A stretch of 64,000 nt of DNA from Batkoa obscura (Eukaryota). Shown piece after piece: positions 1 through 11,505 of the stretch (position 1 is its first letter; every line of letters starts with the position of its first letter). Location of the stretch: positions 1,612,001 through 1,676,000 of the forward strand of contig JASVEC010000001.1 of the NCBI GenBank assembly GCA_030770535.1. Direction: 5' to 3'. A program made the translations under genes and the position numbers. Below the pieces are notes generated by a model. The model saw only the letters and a program-made list of their open reading frames with translations. It ran no database searches and had not been told where the DNA came from.

Positions 1-26
1 TTTATGAAAATTGATAAAATAATCAG

Positions 27-966
27 GTAAAGCTTTAACGACTGGCGGACAACCAGGAATTACTAGAAATATTTCTTCTTCTATTAAAGTAGCTGATAAT
101 CCAGCTATTTATTTATATGATACTCCAGGTAAGTTTGAAATATTATTATATAATTTATTTGAATTGAATTTATATTTATGTTCTTAATTAGGTGTTATGA
201 TACCTCATATACCGGATCCATTAATATCTTTAAAAGTAGCATTATCAGGTAATATTAACTATTAAAATAAATTGTAATTATGTGTTAATAGTATTAATAT
301 TATATTCTAGGTGGTATTCATGATCATTTGGCGGATGAAATTATATTAAGTGATTATTTATTATGGGAACTAAATCAACGTAATGAAAGAAATTACCATC
401 AATTGTATTTAAAAAATAACGACAATAATATAGAAAATAACGATAATAATAATATAAATAATATAGATGATATCAATGAATTATTAACTAAAATAGCACA
501 TAAAGCAGGTATATTAAATAAAGGAGGAGTAGTTAATTTAAATGAAGCAGCAAAATATTTTTTAAAAAGATATCGATTAGGTAAATTAGGTAAATTTGTA
601 TTAGATGATATTACAGAATTAGGATTTCAACATTATTTTAATTATTTAAATGCAGTTAATGATATGAATTTTAAAAATAAAAAAATTCATGTGATTAATA
701 AAAAGGATTTAAGTAATAGTAATAATTATGAAAATGAGAGTGTTGTTGATAGTAGTAGGGGTAATGAAAAGAATATGAGGGATAATAATAAGGATAAATT
801 AAAGAATAAAGAGAATATGGATATAAATAATACAAATAATATATACAATATTAATCCTAATTATCAAATAATACCATCTAAACAGTTAAAATTAAAAATG
901 AAAAAACAAATAAGATTAGATAAAATTAATAAGAAAAAAGCAATGATGCCAGGATTAAAATTTTAA
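27..966 (+). CDS. MTG1: Mitochondrial ribosome-assembly GTPase (RbgA/YlqF family), 3' part; exons 27-128, 192-248, 311-966; 5' end lies outside the window
   Basis: Spliced translation GKALTTGGQPGITR...IYLYDTPG|VMIPHIPDPLISLKVALSG|GIHDHLADE...AAKYFLKRYRLGKLGKFVLDD carries the PGxTR and DTPG motifs and the RxGKLG C-terminal signature. GT..AG introns at 129-191 and 249-310 keep the frame. Confidence 0.9.
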
Positions 967-2599
967 TTAAGATAAATCAAATTTACTCAAAATAGAATCC
1001 CTTGTATAGAAATATACTTCATTTAATGAATTACCTTTCATAGATAATATAGGATCTAAATCATCAATTAAAATTTCGGAATTATAATGGAGTTTTAAGG
1101 TATTGTTGATAGAAGTGGAATTCAATTCAAATTGTGAAACTGTACCATCATCTAAAATAGAATAAAAATAGAATATAAATTAATAAATTATATAAATAAA
1201 AAGTAAAAATAAGTAAATAAATAATTATATTTAATTTAAACTTACCAAAACTTAATAATAATTGATTATTTATAATTAATGATTGTATTAAACTTTTTAA
1301 TTTATTAAATTGAATTTTATATAGTTCAATTAATTCCAAATTTGATAAATTAATTTGTATTAATTCAATAACTCCATCAATATTACTTTTAATTATATAA
1401 TATTGATTATTATAAAGTATTAATTGACTATTTTCTATTTTATTATTAAATTCAATCTTTTTAATTATATTTTTATCTTCTAAACTAATAAAATTAATTT
1501 CTTTAATTGTAATAACAACCAGTATTTTATCTAATAATCCAAATTCTTCTAAATTGTTATTATCTCCTTCAATTCCCCTCTTTCCATCCAACTTGACCGT
1601 TCCCACACTTAAAATCTCATCCTTCAACTTCCAATCAAACAACACTTTTTCTAAAGCAACATTCCATAATGATACCATTCTATCTTTTCCAACAGTAATA
1701 ATATTTCTTCCCTTTTCAATAATATTTAAATCAAATACTCTTTGTGAATGTGCTTTTAAACTTCTAGCAATATAATCTTTTTCTTGTAATGATATAACTT
1801 TACTAGTTAAATCATCAGAACCAGTTAAGATCACTTGATCACTTGGAAAATGTAATACTTTATAAATCGTACCAAAATGAGCTGTAATAGATTGAACACA
1901 AGTTAAATCAAAGGTAGAGTATTCGACAAGGTAACCATCGGCAGCAGCAAGGATTAATTTTGATGAATTTGAACTTAATGACATGGATTTATGGCCCTAA
2001 AGAGAAAGAGAAAGAGAAAGAGAAAGAGAATTAGTATATAATAAGTGATAGAAAGATGATAATTACCCTTGGACCTATTTTTTTTTGTTGTAATAAAGGT
2101 TGAGATAAATATTGTATTTTTTGTAAAGTTATATTTTCAATAGTTGATAAAATAATGAATAAGTTTGGCTATAAATTTTATTTTATTTTTAATTTAAAGT
2201 ATTATTATTAAAATAAATAAAATTTACCTTAATTTTATTAGTGATATCAATAGTGAGTGTTATTTTATATTTATCCATTATTTGCATATAAATTAATTCC
2301 GTTTGATTATTACAAGTGGTTAATAAATTAACTACATCAACAGTAATAAATTTCATTTCTAATAATTAAAATAAATAAATTGTTAATAAAATTATTAAAA
2401 TATCAATAATAATAAAATACAAATAATAATGTTTACCTTCTAATTGAACATTACACCAAAATTGTTTTTCATAATTAGGTAATGAGTTTAAATATTCTAT
2501 TTTATTTTTATTTTCGATTACTTGAGTTACTATTTCATACCAATCTCTTTGAACTTTAATAGAATATATATTTAATTCATTAACAGCAGTTATACCCAT
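967..2599 (-). CDS. RPN14: WD40 proteasome assembly chaperone Rpn14/PAAF1; 5 exons (about 2599-2437, 2358-2228, 2169-2067, 1996-1246, 1151-967)
   Basis: N-terminal VQRDW...FWCN; WD repeats AHFGTIYKVLHFPSDQVILTGSDD and AHSQRVFDLNIIEKGRNIITVGKD; last exon ...DLDPILSM...YFYTRDSILSKFDLS* resembles the PAAF1 C-terminus as I recall it. Introns are canonical GT..AG. Confidence 0.82.
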
Positions 2600-2775
2600 T
2601 ATTATTTTTGATTAATTGTAATAATAATAATAATAATAACAATAAAAAATTTAAAGCTTATTGAATTTTCAACTTTTTTGTAACAAGAAATTTTCAATTT
2701 GAACCAAGCAAATAAAATGACGTCTTCAATAATTCTTTAATGAAAAAAAAGTCAGTCAAATAATATTTTATTTTA

Positions 2776-3107
2776 TTAAATCTTCTCTTTATTCTTTTTC
2801 ACATTAATATAATTAAAAGGACAATGTCGACAGCAATTACCACAACAATTACCTCTTTTAAGATGATAAAGATCGGTAAATACTAAATACCCAGTTTCAG
2901 GATCTTTATAATAATCTTTATTTTGCTATTTAAAAAAAAAAATTAATATTAATAATCAATAGAAATAATAAGTGGAAACAACTTACTTACTTTTATTGCT
3001 TTTAGATATACTTTTTCATATGGCTGATTATGATGAGAATTAATATAATTGAAATTACTCATGCTTTTTTTGAATATTGATTGGAAAATTGATAGTTGTC
3101 TTGACAT
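2776..3107 (-). CDS. Small Cys-rich protein, DUF5522/C1orf53-like (88 aa; exons 3107-2991 and 2925-2776); absent from the ORF track
   Basis: MSRQLSIFQSIFKKSMSNF...KAIK|QNKDYYKDPETGYLVFTDLYHLKRGNCCGNCCRHCPFNYINVKKNKEKI*; gtaagt..tag intron at 2990-2926, phase 0. Confidence 0.85.
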
Positions 3108-3817
3108 GGTTTTTAAATCATTAGTTTTTTTTAATAAGAATTGGCCAGAATTTTTAGTTGTCCAAATTGAAATTTAAAATTGATTGATTGAAGAGCTTTG
3201 ATTATTGGTTAGAATAATAAAAGGGATTTTTTGAAGTATTTGATGTTTGAAATAACTTGCAGTGTCTTAAAAAAATATTAAAAACCACAGTCGACTTCAT
3301 GATTTTAAATTTTAAAAAATATTATTTTATTATGTAATTAAAAAAAAAACAAGTTTTGTAATAAATAAAATAATAAACACCATAATTAATAATTTATTTA
3401 AAAAATTTATTAAAAATATAATAATTAAAGATTAATATTTTTATAATGCAAAGCGTTTATAATTTTTATAAGCAATTCAAATAATTAATAATAATAATAA
3501 TTAAGGAAAAGAAATTAAATTAGGAATTAATAAATAATAAATAATAATACAAAAAGTTTAAATAAAATAATTAAAATAAAACTAAATATATTTAAACTAA
3601 GTTTAAACTATCTTATAAATTATAAAATTAACTTTAAAAAGCTATATAAAAGCTATTTAGCTAATGAGAAATATAAATATATAATCATATATAATAGAGT
3701 ATAAATTAAAGTTAATGAGTATAACATTTTTAATGAAATTTATTATATATATAAAAAAAAAAATTTTTTTTTAAATTTTAAATGAAAAAAAGCTTTTTAT
3801 TAATAAAAATCCTAAAC

Positions 3818-4276
3818 TGTGAAATATTGATTTATCAGCTCTTGGATTAATTATAAGATAATAATCATTTAACTTGTTTACAAAACTAGTTGTAGTATTG
3901 TAATCAATTTGACTGTGATCCGTGTGGTATAATCAATTCAAAGTTCCTTGTTTTGATTTGCTATGAGAATTTCTAACTTTATATTGCAAAGAGTATAAAA
4001 GAGATTCTTCAACATGATAACTCGAAGCTTTTTAACTAAATTACTCCCTGATATTGTACCATTAATAAAGCCATTAAGTCTTTCTGACAACATCTTACAT
4101 AGGTTTTACAGTAGTATTATCTATTCTATTTGTTTTACATAATTTGTAACCTATTGCGCACTATTCTTACTAATTTAAGTCTATCTTAGTTATATAAACT
4201 AAGACCTTTCGACTCAAGGCAAGTTAATCAAGCAAGAACTGCTTTTAACTCCTACCACTGAGTACCAACTTTCACA
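3818..4276 (-). mobile_element. Solo-LTR-like repeat (family LTR-A), internally deleted copy
   Basis: Bounded by TGTGAAA...TTTCACA, flanked by AAAC on both sides; similar to copies at 4298, 16699 and 59917. Confidence 0.75.
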
Positions 4277-4297
4277 AAACAAAATAAAAACAAATGC

Positions 4298-4780
4298 TGT
4301 GAAAGGTTGATACTCAATGGTTGGAGTCAAAAGCAGTCCTTGCTTGATTAATTTGCCTTGAGTCGAACGGTCTTAGTTTATGTAACTAAGATAGACTTAA
4401 CTTAATAGGAATAATACGCAATAAGCTATGAATTATGTAAAGCAAATATAATAGGAGATACTACTGTATAATCTATGTAAGATGTTGTCAGAAAGACTTA
4501 ATGGCTTTATTAATGATACGTTATCAGGGAGTAATCCAATTAAGAAAGCCTCGAGCTAGTATGTTGAAGAATCTCTTTTATACTCCAACTGGATGGGTAT
4601 ATATAAGGAACATTATAACAGTTATTCCTTATTATAGTTGGCAAGTATGGACATTAAAACGTGGACAATAAGTTCTTCGTGATCAGATGGTAGCAATTCT
4701 CACAGCAAATCAAAATAAGGAACTCTGAATTGATTATCATATTATAATCAATCCTAGAGCTAATGAACCGATATTTCACA
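4298..4780 (+). mobile_element. Solo-LTR-like repeat (LTR-A)
   Basis: TGTGAAAG...ATATTTCACA termini; internal TATATATAAGG box near 4598; no clear target-site duplication. Confidence 0.75.
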
Positions 4781-5681
4781 CTGTATATTAAAAATATTTA
4801 AACTTTTAATTAGAAAGTTTTTATTAAAATTATATTTAAGTAAATTTTTAAAAGTGTTTATAAATTATAATAAAACTATTTATTATGTTTTTTTAAAAAA
4901 CACTTGTTTATATCTTTAAAAAAAATTAATATAACTTTAATACTTAATAAGAACATACCAGTTAAGTTTTTTAATATATTTTTATTAAATTTTTTTAAAT
5001 TATAAACTAAAAATTTTAAAGAAATCTCAAAATATAAAATATTGCTTTATTAGCTTTACAAATAATTATATTATAATAATTATTTGAATTATTTATAAAA
5101 ATAATTACTTTATAATTAATTTAATTAAATTTGAGTATGTTTTTAAATTTACACATATTTAATTTATGGTTTTTTATTTAAATTTAGTATGAAAATTTTT
5201 ATTATTTGATTATAAAAAACATTATTTTAATCTTTTAATATTTATATACAATATTTTAATATAATAATTTGTTTTCTTAAATTGTTTTCTGATATTATTT
5301 TTTAATAAAACTATTGTTTTTTTATAAATGTTTTATTTATTTTATATAGTTTGTAACTTATTGTATATTATTATAAAAAATAAGTTTATTTTAATTATAT
5401 AAACTAAAATTTATTAATTTATAGCTAGTCAATTAAGCTAAAACAACTTTTAATTTTAATTGGTAACATTAAACTTTTATAAAAAATATTTAAAAAAACA
5501 CTGTAAATATATAAAAATATAAAAAGTTATATTTAGAATACAAATCACTATAAAAAAACTTTATTTTTTTATTTTTTTATTTAGAAATGCTTCTAAAAAC
5601 TTTAAACATTTTATATTTAAAATATTGTATTTTCAATGCATGTAATTTTTACTGCTAAAAACTGTACTATCATGATTATAC

Positions 5682-5770
5682 GGGGGTGTTTTTTTGGCTT
5701 CATCACTTTTTACATTTTTTAAGCGCTATTTGAGTGGAAAAATTGTTAGTAAAATCCTTAAATAAAAATC
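5682..5770 (+). mobile_element. MITE-A, partial copy
   Basis: gggggtgttttttt...aagcgctatttgagtggaaaaattgttagtaaaa matches the family consensus. Confidence 0.75.
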
Positions 5771-5863
5771 TAAAAAATTAATTTGTAAATATATAAATTA
5801 CAATAATATAAAAGAAGCTAATTGTTGGTTATTAAAAACTATAACTAAATAAATTTAAATTCG

Positions 5864-6379
5864 ATGGGTCAATTATCAATTCAAGTAAATGTAATATTTG
5901 GAGATTCGATCAAGCCTTACTATTTGTAAATCAGTTTAGAAGTTATAATAATTGCCTTAGTTACCCCAGTTTTATTTGCTTTGCCTACATTATATTTTGA
6001 TAAATTAGGAGACCATTTAATCAACGTATTTTCAGGTCATTTAGTACGGTCCTTGTTTTCAGTTTTTATTTCAAATCAAATAATTAATTTAATCATCAAT
6101 CTTATTTTTTCTATTGTTAGCACAATATTATTATCTTATTATAAAGAAATAGGCCAGAGTGTGACATATTGTTGGATTGAGTCCACTTTATTGGTTCAAG
6201 GTATTCAAGATTTTGTTCTTAATTCTATCATCTTTATTTCGAAGGCTGAGGTCCCAATTAGCATTTATTTCATAGCTCACACTTCAACCAACTTATTAAA
6301 AATTGCTTTGTTTACTTTTCTTGTTTATAAAAACAAAGTATATGATAAGAGACGACATATTAATTTAGATCAACAATGA
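5864..6379 (+). pseudogene. Hydrophobic multi-pass membrane protein-like reading frame; probable pseudogene or unresolved splicing
   Basis: ATG at 5864 is in frame with ORF 5981-6379 but interrupted by a TAA near 5927. Several hydrophobic segments; no family recognised. Confidence 0.3.
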
Positions 6380-6607
6380 TTTAGTGTTTTTGAATCTAAA
6401 CCTTTGTTTGCTCATTAAAATAAAGATAATTTTAAACACTTATTCATTATATTTGTAATTATTGTATTCCTTTTAAGCTCTTATGTTTGCCTTTCATACA
6501 AGTAACAGACATTATAAATGTTATAAAAATACTCAAATTAAAAAATTAGAAAATGAAAAATCAAACAGTTTATTCTAATTTTGAAAACAATGTTGATAAT
6601 AGTAGAA

Positions 6608-7675
6608 TTATAACTTTGCTCTATAAATATTGCTATTATTATTTACAAGGACAAATTTAGCAATGTTTTTAATAACAGAAGGATTGATAATTACTTGGTT
6701 ATGGTTACCAAAGTTATCATATAATAAAGTTACGTCTTTAACATTTAAATCGAACAAATGTTGACTAACCAAAAGTAACTGATCCATTGGTACTGCAGTA
6801 TCCTCACTGGATCCAATTAATAAAACTTTTGGTAAATTGGAATAATTCATTTCATTAACATCTTTTGACTCAATTGAGGTTACCGAATATTCTTTTAATG
6901 GGCTATGATTACCTATCCTTGGATGACATATACCCATTCTTGGAAGCGATGTATCTATTCTTACTGTATCTTCTAATTTAGACTCACTTATGGCTGTTCT
7001 AATAGTGTCCTCTGATTTGGGATATTGTAAAACCATTCTTTTTGTATCTTCTAATTTAGATGACCCAAAAGTCAATTTTGAAGCATCTTCTTCCACTTTA
7101 AAGGCAACACAAGCAACATTATTGGAAAAAAAGGCGTTAGATTTAGCAATTGAAACTAAATCAAACACACCAGCGATTGAAATAATACCATTAATCCTAT
7201 TGAATAAGTATGAAAAGTCATTATTATTATAATAACTACTTAATAGTTTTAAATATTTAGTTGAATTGAAACCAATCAAAAGAGAAATCAATGCTCCAAT
7301 TGAATGACCAGCTAAATAAATAGAATCATAACTCAAACCTAACTTTGTTACTATTTCGATATAACCTTTCATACAATCAATCAAATGACCAGGGAATTGA
7401 AAGGTACCTTTGTCTGAAGTTAAGCGGTATTGTAGTCTTACTACATGGATTCCTAATTGACTTAATTTCTCAGCTAATTGGTCAAATCCGGTGGCCGTCT
7501 CGGGTGATAAAAATACTGCAGATTCAATAAATATAAGCAACGGTGCTGGACTAGTTCCAGTTTTACTTGGGTGGATATGGTAAACACATTTCTCACTTTC
7601 ACTACTATATTGTCTAGTTTGAGCAGGATATTGTTTACTGCTATTTCTAATTTGTTTAGGGGATTCAAATACCAT
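6608..7675 (-). CDS. Alpha/beta hydrolase (kynurenine formamidase-like) with internal repeat insert and PTS1 (AKL)
   Basis: GHSIG nucleophile, EDTAVP Asp, FGNHNQ His; close paralog of 15080-16153; intronless. Confidence 0.88.
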   Translation of the reverse strand: MVFESPKQIRNSSKQYPAQTRQYSSESEKCVYHIHPSKTGTSPAPLLIFIESAVFLSPETATGFDQLAEKLSQLGIHVVRLQYRLTSDKGTFQFPGHLIDCMKGYIEIVTKLGLSYDSIYLAGHSIGALISLLIGFNSTKYLKLLSSYYNNNDFSYLFNRINGIISIAGVFDLVSIAKSNAFFSNNVACVAFKVEEDASKLTFGSSKLEDTKRMVLQYPKSEDTIRTAISESKLEDTVRIDTSLPRMGICHPRIGNHSPLKEYSVTSIESKDVNEMNYSNLPKVLLIGSSEDTAVPMDQLLLVSQHLFDLNVKDVTLLYDNFGNHNQVIINPSVIKNIAKFVLVNNNSNIYRAKL

Positions 7676-8933
7676 CTTTTTGTTTTATTTTTTGTGTTTA
7701 TTTCACATTTTCGACTGTATTTATATTTTTTTATACCTTATTCGTGTTTCTGCTTTATTAGTATCCAATATAATTATACAAATATAATATTTTTATGTTA
7801 CTTAACAGTATTTCTTTGTACCATAATTTCTACTTTATAAAAAATTTGAATCCCGGTTAGGAACATTGTCAATTAAAGCATGTAAAATATAATATCAATC
7901 AATAAAAAACGGATAAGAAAATAAAATAAAGCTTTGCGTACAGTAGCATAATATTGAGGGATCATTAATTTAGAAGTAATTAACAAGCAAAAGTAATACT
8001 TGATCCTTTTATGTAACTTAAAGTTAATCTATTCTAATGACTGCATTTATTTTAGCTATACGAATCTATTTTTCTAAGAATTGTTTTGATCAAGGAAGTT
8101 CTATTTATAATATGATTTGTTGAAACGGTATAGTTTTTAATTTATTAAAACCTAGGTTTATAATAACTAGTAGGAACTAATTTCAAAGTTTTATCAAAAA
8201 TGACAACTACCATAATTGAACACAAATTAATAAGTCGGAATTTTCGAAAATGAAATCGCAATAGAACAAAAATAGTTCAAATAATATGTAATGTATTAAA
8301 ATAAATTAAACAAATATTATTTTTATTACTTAAATTATATGTTACTTTACATGCTCTTCATTTATTCTTAAACATATTTGTCAAGGGAGTGTATACTGTT
8401 TTACCTTCCTACTGTAATAGTAAATCATCAGGATAAAGAAGTAATTTAGCTGTTATTTTTTAATCTTCCTACTTTAGATCTTTAGTATCAAACTGATACA
8501 CATTGCTTAAGGCATGTATTGCTCCATAATATTCTAAATATTATATACTATATGAAGAGTAAATTTTAATCAAAATCATGCAATATATTTTCATATTACA
8601 CTATAAGAACAGTAACTTGTCCAAATAAAAAATTCAACTTATTAAAGTTAAACTTTCGTATTTTTTGTTAAACCAGACTAATTTTTATCAAATATTTTAC
8701 AAAAACACTGAATCGATTGTTAAAACATTAGAGCAGATTGTAGTTGGGTGTTTTCTGTTGCTTTTAATTTTCAGTTATTTTTTATAATATATATTTAAAG
8801 GCTACAGCTTTATAAATCCTTAAATTCATATTAAAAAATTCTACTCACAGATTAAAAACAACAAGCGTCTAACTGCAAACTGCACTAAATGATATTTTAA
8901 AAATAGAATTCTGATTAAAAGAACAGATTGATT

Positions 8934-9006
8934 AGCCCAACGCGGGGGTCGAACCCGCAACCTTGAGATTAAGAGTCTCACGCTCTGCCGATTGAGCTAG
9001 CCAGGC
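8934..9006 (-). tRNA. tRNA-Lys(CTT)
   Basis: GCCTGGCTAGCTCAATCGG...GAGACTCTTAATCTCA...GGTTCGACCC...GGGCT; 73-nt cloverleaf with anticodon CTT. Confidence 0.96.
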
Positions 9007-9045
9007 CTCTTTCTTACTTTAATTTCTATTTATTATATATATCAA

Positions 9046-9125
9046 GATGTTTTTTTTGGTTTCATTACTTTTCCTATTTTTCAAGTGCTATTTGAGCGGA
9101 AAGATTGTTAGTAAAATCCTTAACA
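9046..9125 (+). mobile_element. MITE-A, partial copy about 40 bp upstream of tRNA-Lys
   Basis: Consensus core gctatttgagcggaaagattgttagtaaaatccttaa. Confidence 0.7.
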
Positions 9126-10265
9126 TTGTATAGGGATGTGTTTTTTTTTAAACATTTTAGAATCCAGATTGATGATTTTTTACTATAATCAACTTCAAAA
9201 ACCATTTATACAAATAAGCTTTATATTAATTTTCATTATTATTTGCTAAGTTAATTCAAAAATGGTGAAATCAGGCCAAAATTAAAACTCAATGCCTTAT
9301 ATACTAAGAAGTATTGATTCCCATAAATAGGAGCTATCTTTTATTAAAAAATTTGAAATAGCTTAAACCAAACGCTTGCTTATTAGTACCCAGGATTTTT
9401 TAAAAAGAATGGCTTAATTTAAACTACTGTAGCTCTATTTCGACATGATTAACTGTTCATTTTAGAGTAAAAGTCAGCTAAAACCAGGCAAAATCTAATG
9501 ACTAGATTGAAAAAGCCAAAAAGAAGTATGATTGACTCTAAAAATCTCCACAAATTAGGTCACAATAGAGATGCAATAATTATATAAAATTTCTCTCACT
9601 TTAATGCTCTTTGTTTTATATTTATTGGTATGCTCTATATACACTATAACTTCGCTTATTTCTTGATTGGTTTAATTTAACGAATTTTTTAAGGTTGGAT
9701 TTACTGTTTTTAATTTAAATATTATTAAATGATTTATGCTATGTAATGTAATTTAGTACTTAATTTATTTTTAATCATTTTAATCCTTTAATTTAACTTT
9801 CATATAGTAATTTGCTTTGATAGTTATAGATAAATGAGTACTTTTTATTTTTTTTCTATCTTTATTGTAACTACAACTTTATTAATTTATCCTTAAGTGA
9901 TAGATGAATTTAATATTCTTATTCTAAACTATTATATTAAAAAATAAATTAAAAATGGTTTAATGAGAAACTACTTTATGTATTATTAAAAGAATAAAAA
10001 TTTATTTAAATTTAAAGAATAAAAGGGGAAAGAAAAGTTTGAATATTTACTTTATAAGTAAACTTTTCTTTATTTAGGCCAAAATAACAAAAGTTTAACA
10101 ATCGCCGGAATAGATGTTCCGAAACATATTTAAAAAAAGAATGCATTGAATCAGTATTATAATAATATTATGTCGTATTAAAAATAAGATTGATAAATTA
10201 AAGAAGAGGAAGAGTATATAAATGATCTTTAGCAACCGAAATTAATTTAAAATTTTAATCATAAA

Positions 10266-10763
10266 ATGTCAGATTTAATTCAATATAAAATTAATCATTT
10301 AAAGATTAACGCTTATTCCCCTGAAATGATTGTACTTCCTTCATATACAAAGAAAGTCAATTCTTTATCTTTACCTTCAATATCTTCCTTTATAAATGAT
10401 TTAAATTGTAACCAAGCTTTCAGTAATGATAATGAAAGATCAAGAGATACCTATATAGACAAAGAGTACACTGCTAGTTCATCTTATTCTTACTTATCGA
10501 GTCCATATAAGAGAACAGAACTAGATTATAATAACTTTTACTCGAACATTGAACTAGAAATCGATCAAGGATTAGAGCGTTTACCCATTAAACCTAAAAG
10601 AAAAAGAGCAGGGAAAGCACAAATCAAAATATTAAATCAAATATTTTCAAAAACACCCTTTCCTAGCACAGAATTAAGGTCATTACTTTCTCATAAATTA
10701 CGCATGTCTCCAAGGGCCATCCAAATTTGGTTTCAAAATAAGAGGCAGATTAGCAAGAATTAG
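10266..10763 (+). CDS. Homeodomain transcription factor
   Basis: C-terminal KRKRA...LNQIFSKTPFPSTELRSLLSHKLRMSPRAIQIWFQNKRQ; LSLPSI short motif upstream. Confidence 0.93.
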   Translation: MSDLIQYKINHLKINAYSPEMIVLPSYTKKVNSLSLPSISSFINDLNCNQAFSNDNERSRDTYIDKEYTASSSYSYLSSPYKRTELDYNNFYSNIELEIDQGLERLPIKPKRKRAGKAQIKILNQIFSKTPFPSTELRSLLSHKLRMSPRAIQIWFQNKRQISKN

Positions 10764-11343
10764 TCAATTCCTTAAGCCTTTATTATTATTAATTTATTAA
10801 AATAAATTTTTTATTACTACATATAAATAAACTAATTTAAACTCAAGGCTCAACTTTTCTCCAACTTCTATTTACTCATTATTGAATTGTAAATTAAGCA
10901 TGATTAGAATGAAAAAATATGCATGTTTTTTATAGAAATTAAGCTAGTTTTTTCTAAATTTTATGCTACTTAAAAAAATGTAAAATAAATAAAAAGCCAT
11001 TCTTTAAATGTTTTACTTTATAGTCTTAATATTAGTCATATAAAATTTGTGTATTCATAGCTAAATCAAGCTACAAGCTCATTTATGATTTTAAGTTCTC
11101 TAATTCTCATAAATATATTATATATAGCATTAAAACAACGCTATGATGCTATGTAAAACTTCACACTTTTAAAAACTTTTTGAAAGTACAAAGCCTTCAA
11201 ATGGTTTATTAATAATAAAAGTACATAAGTCTAAGGGAGAGGTAGGTGAGCCACTTTTACACAGCTTCTCTACCTTTTTTAGTAGGGATTGTAGCTGCAA
11301 ATAAATTTGCTCTATAAAATAGAGTTTTAAAGTTACTATTTTA

Positions 11344-11505
11344 CAGCTGTTGTAACTCTTTTACGACTTTTTTAGCGGTAATTTTTATAATTAAATCATT
11401 TATATTCTAATACTTGAAGCCTATTTTTATATTCAAAGCGAATTTTATATAAATATATTTCTTAGATAAGTTGTTAATTGGGTCGAAAAAGAGTTGCAGC
11501 AGCTG
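11344..11505. mobile_element. MITE-B (~162 bp, Tc1/mariner-type ends)
   Basis: TA|CAGCTGTTGTAACTCTTTT...AAAAGAGTTGCAGCAGCTG|TA terminal inverted repeats with flanking TA. Confidence 0.8.

Noticed and set aside
11236..11280. Hairpin followed by a T-run (terminator or Helitron end)
   Set aside because: The stem is imperfect (about 9 of 12 bp) and no associated element was found.
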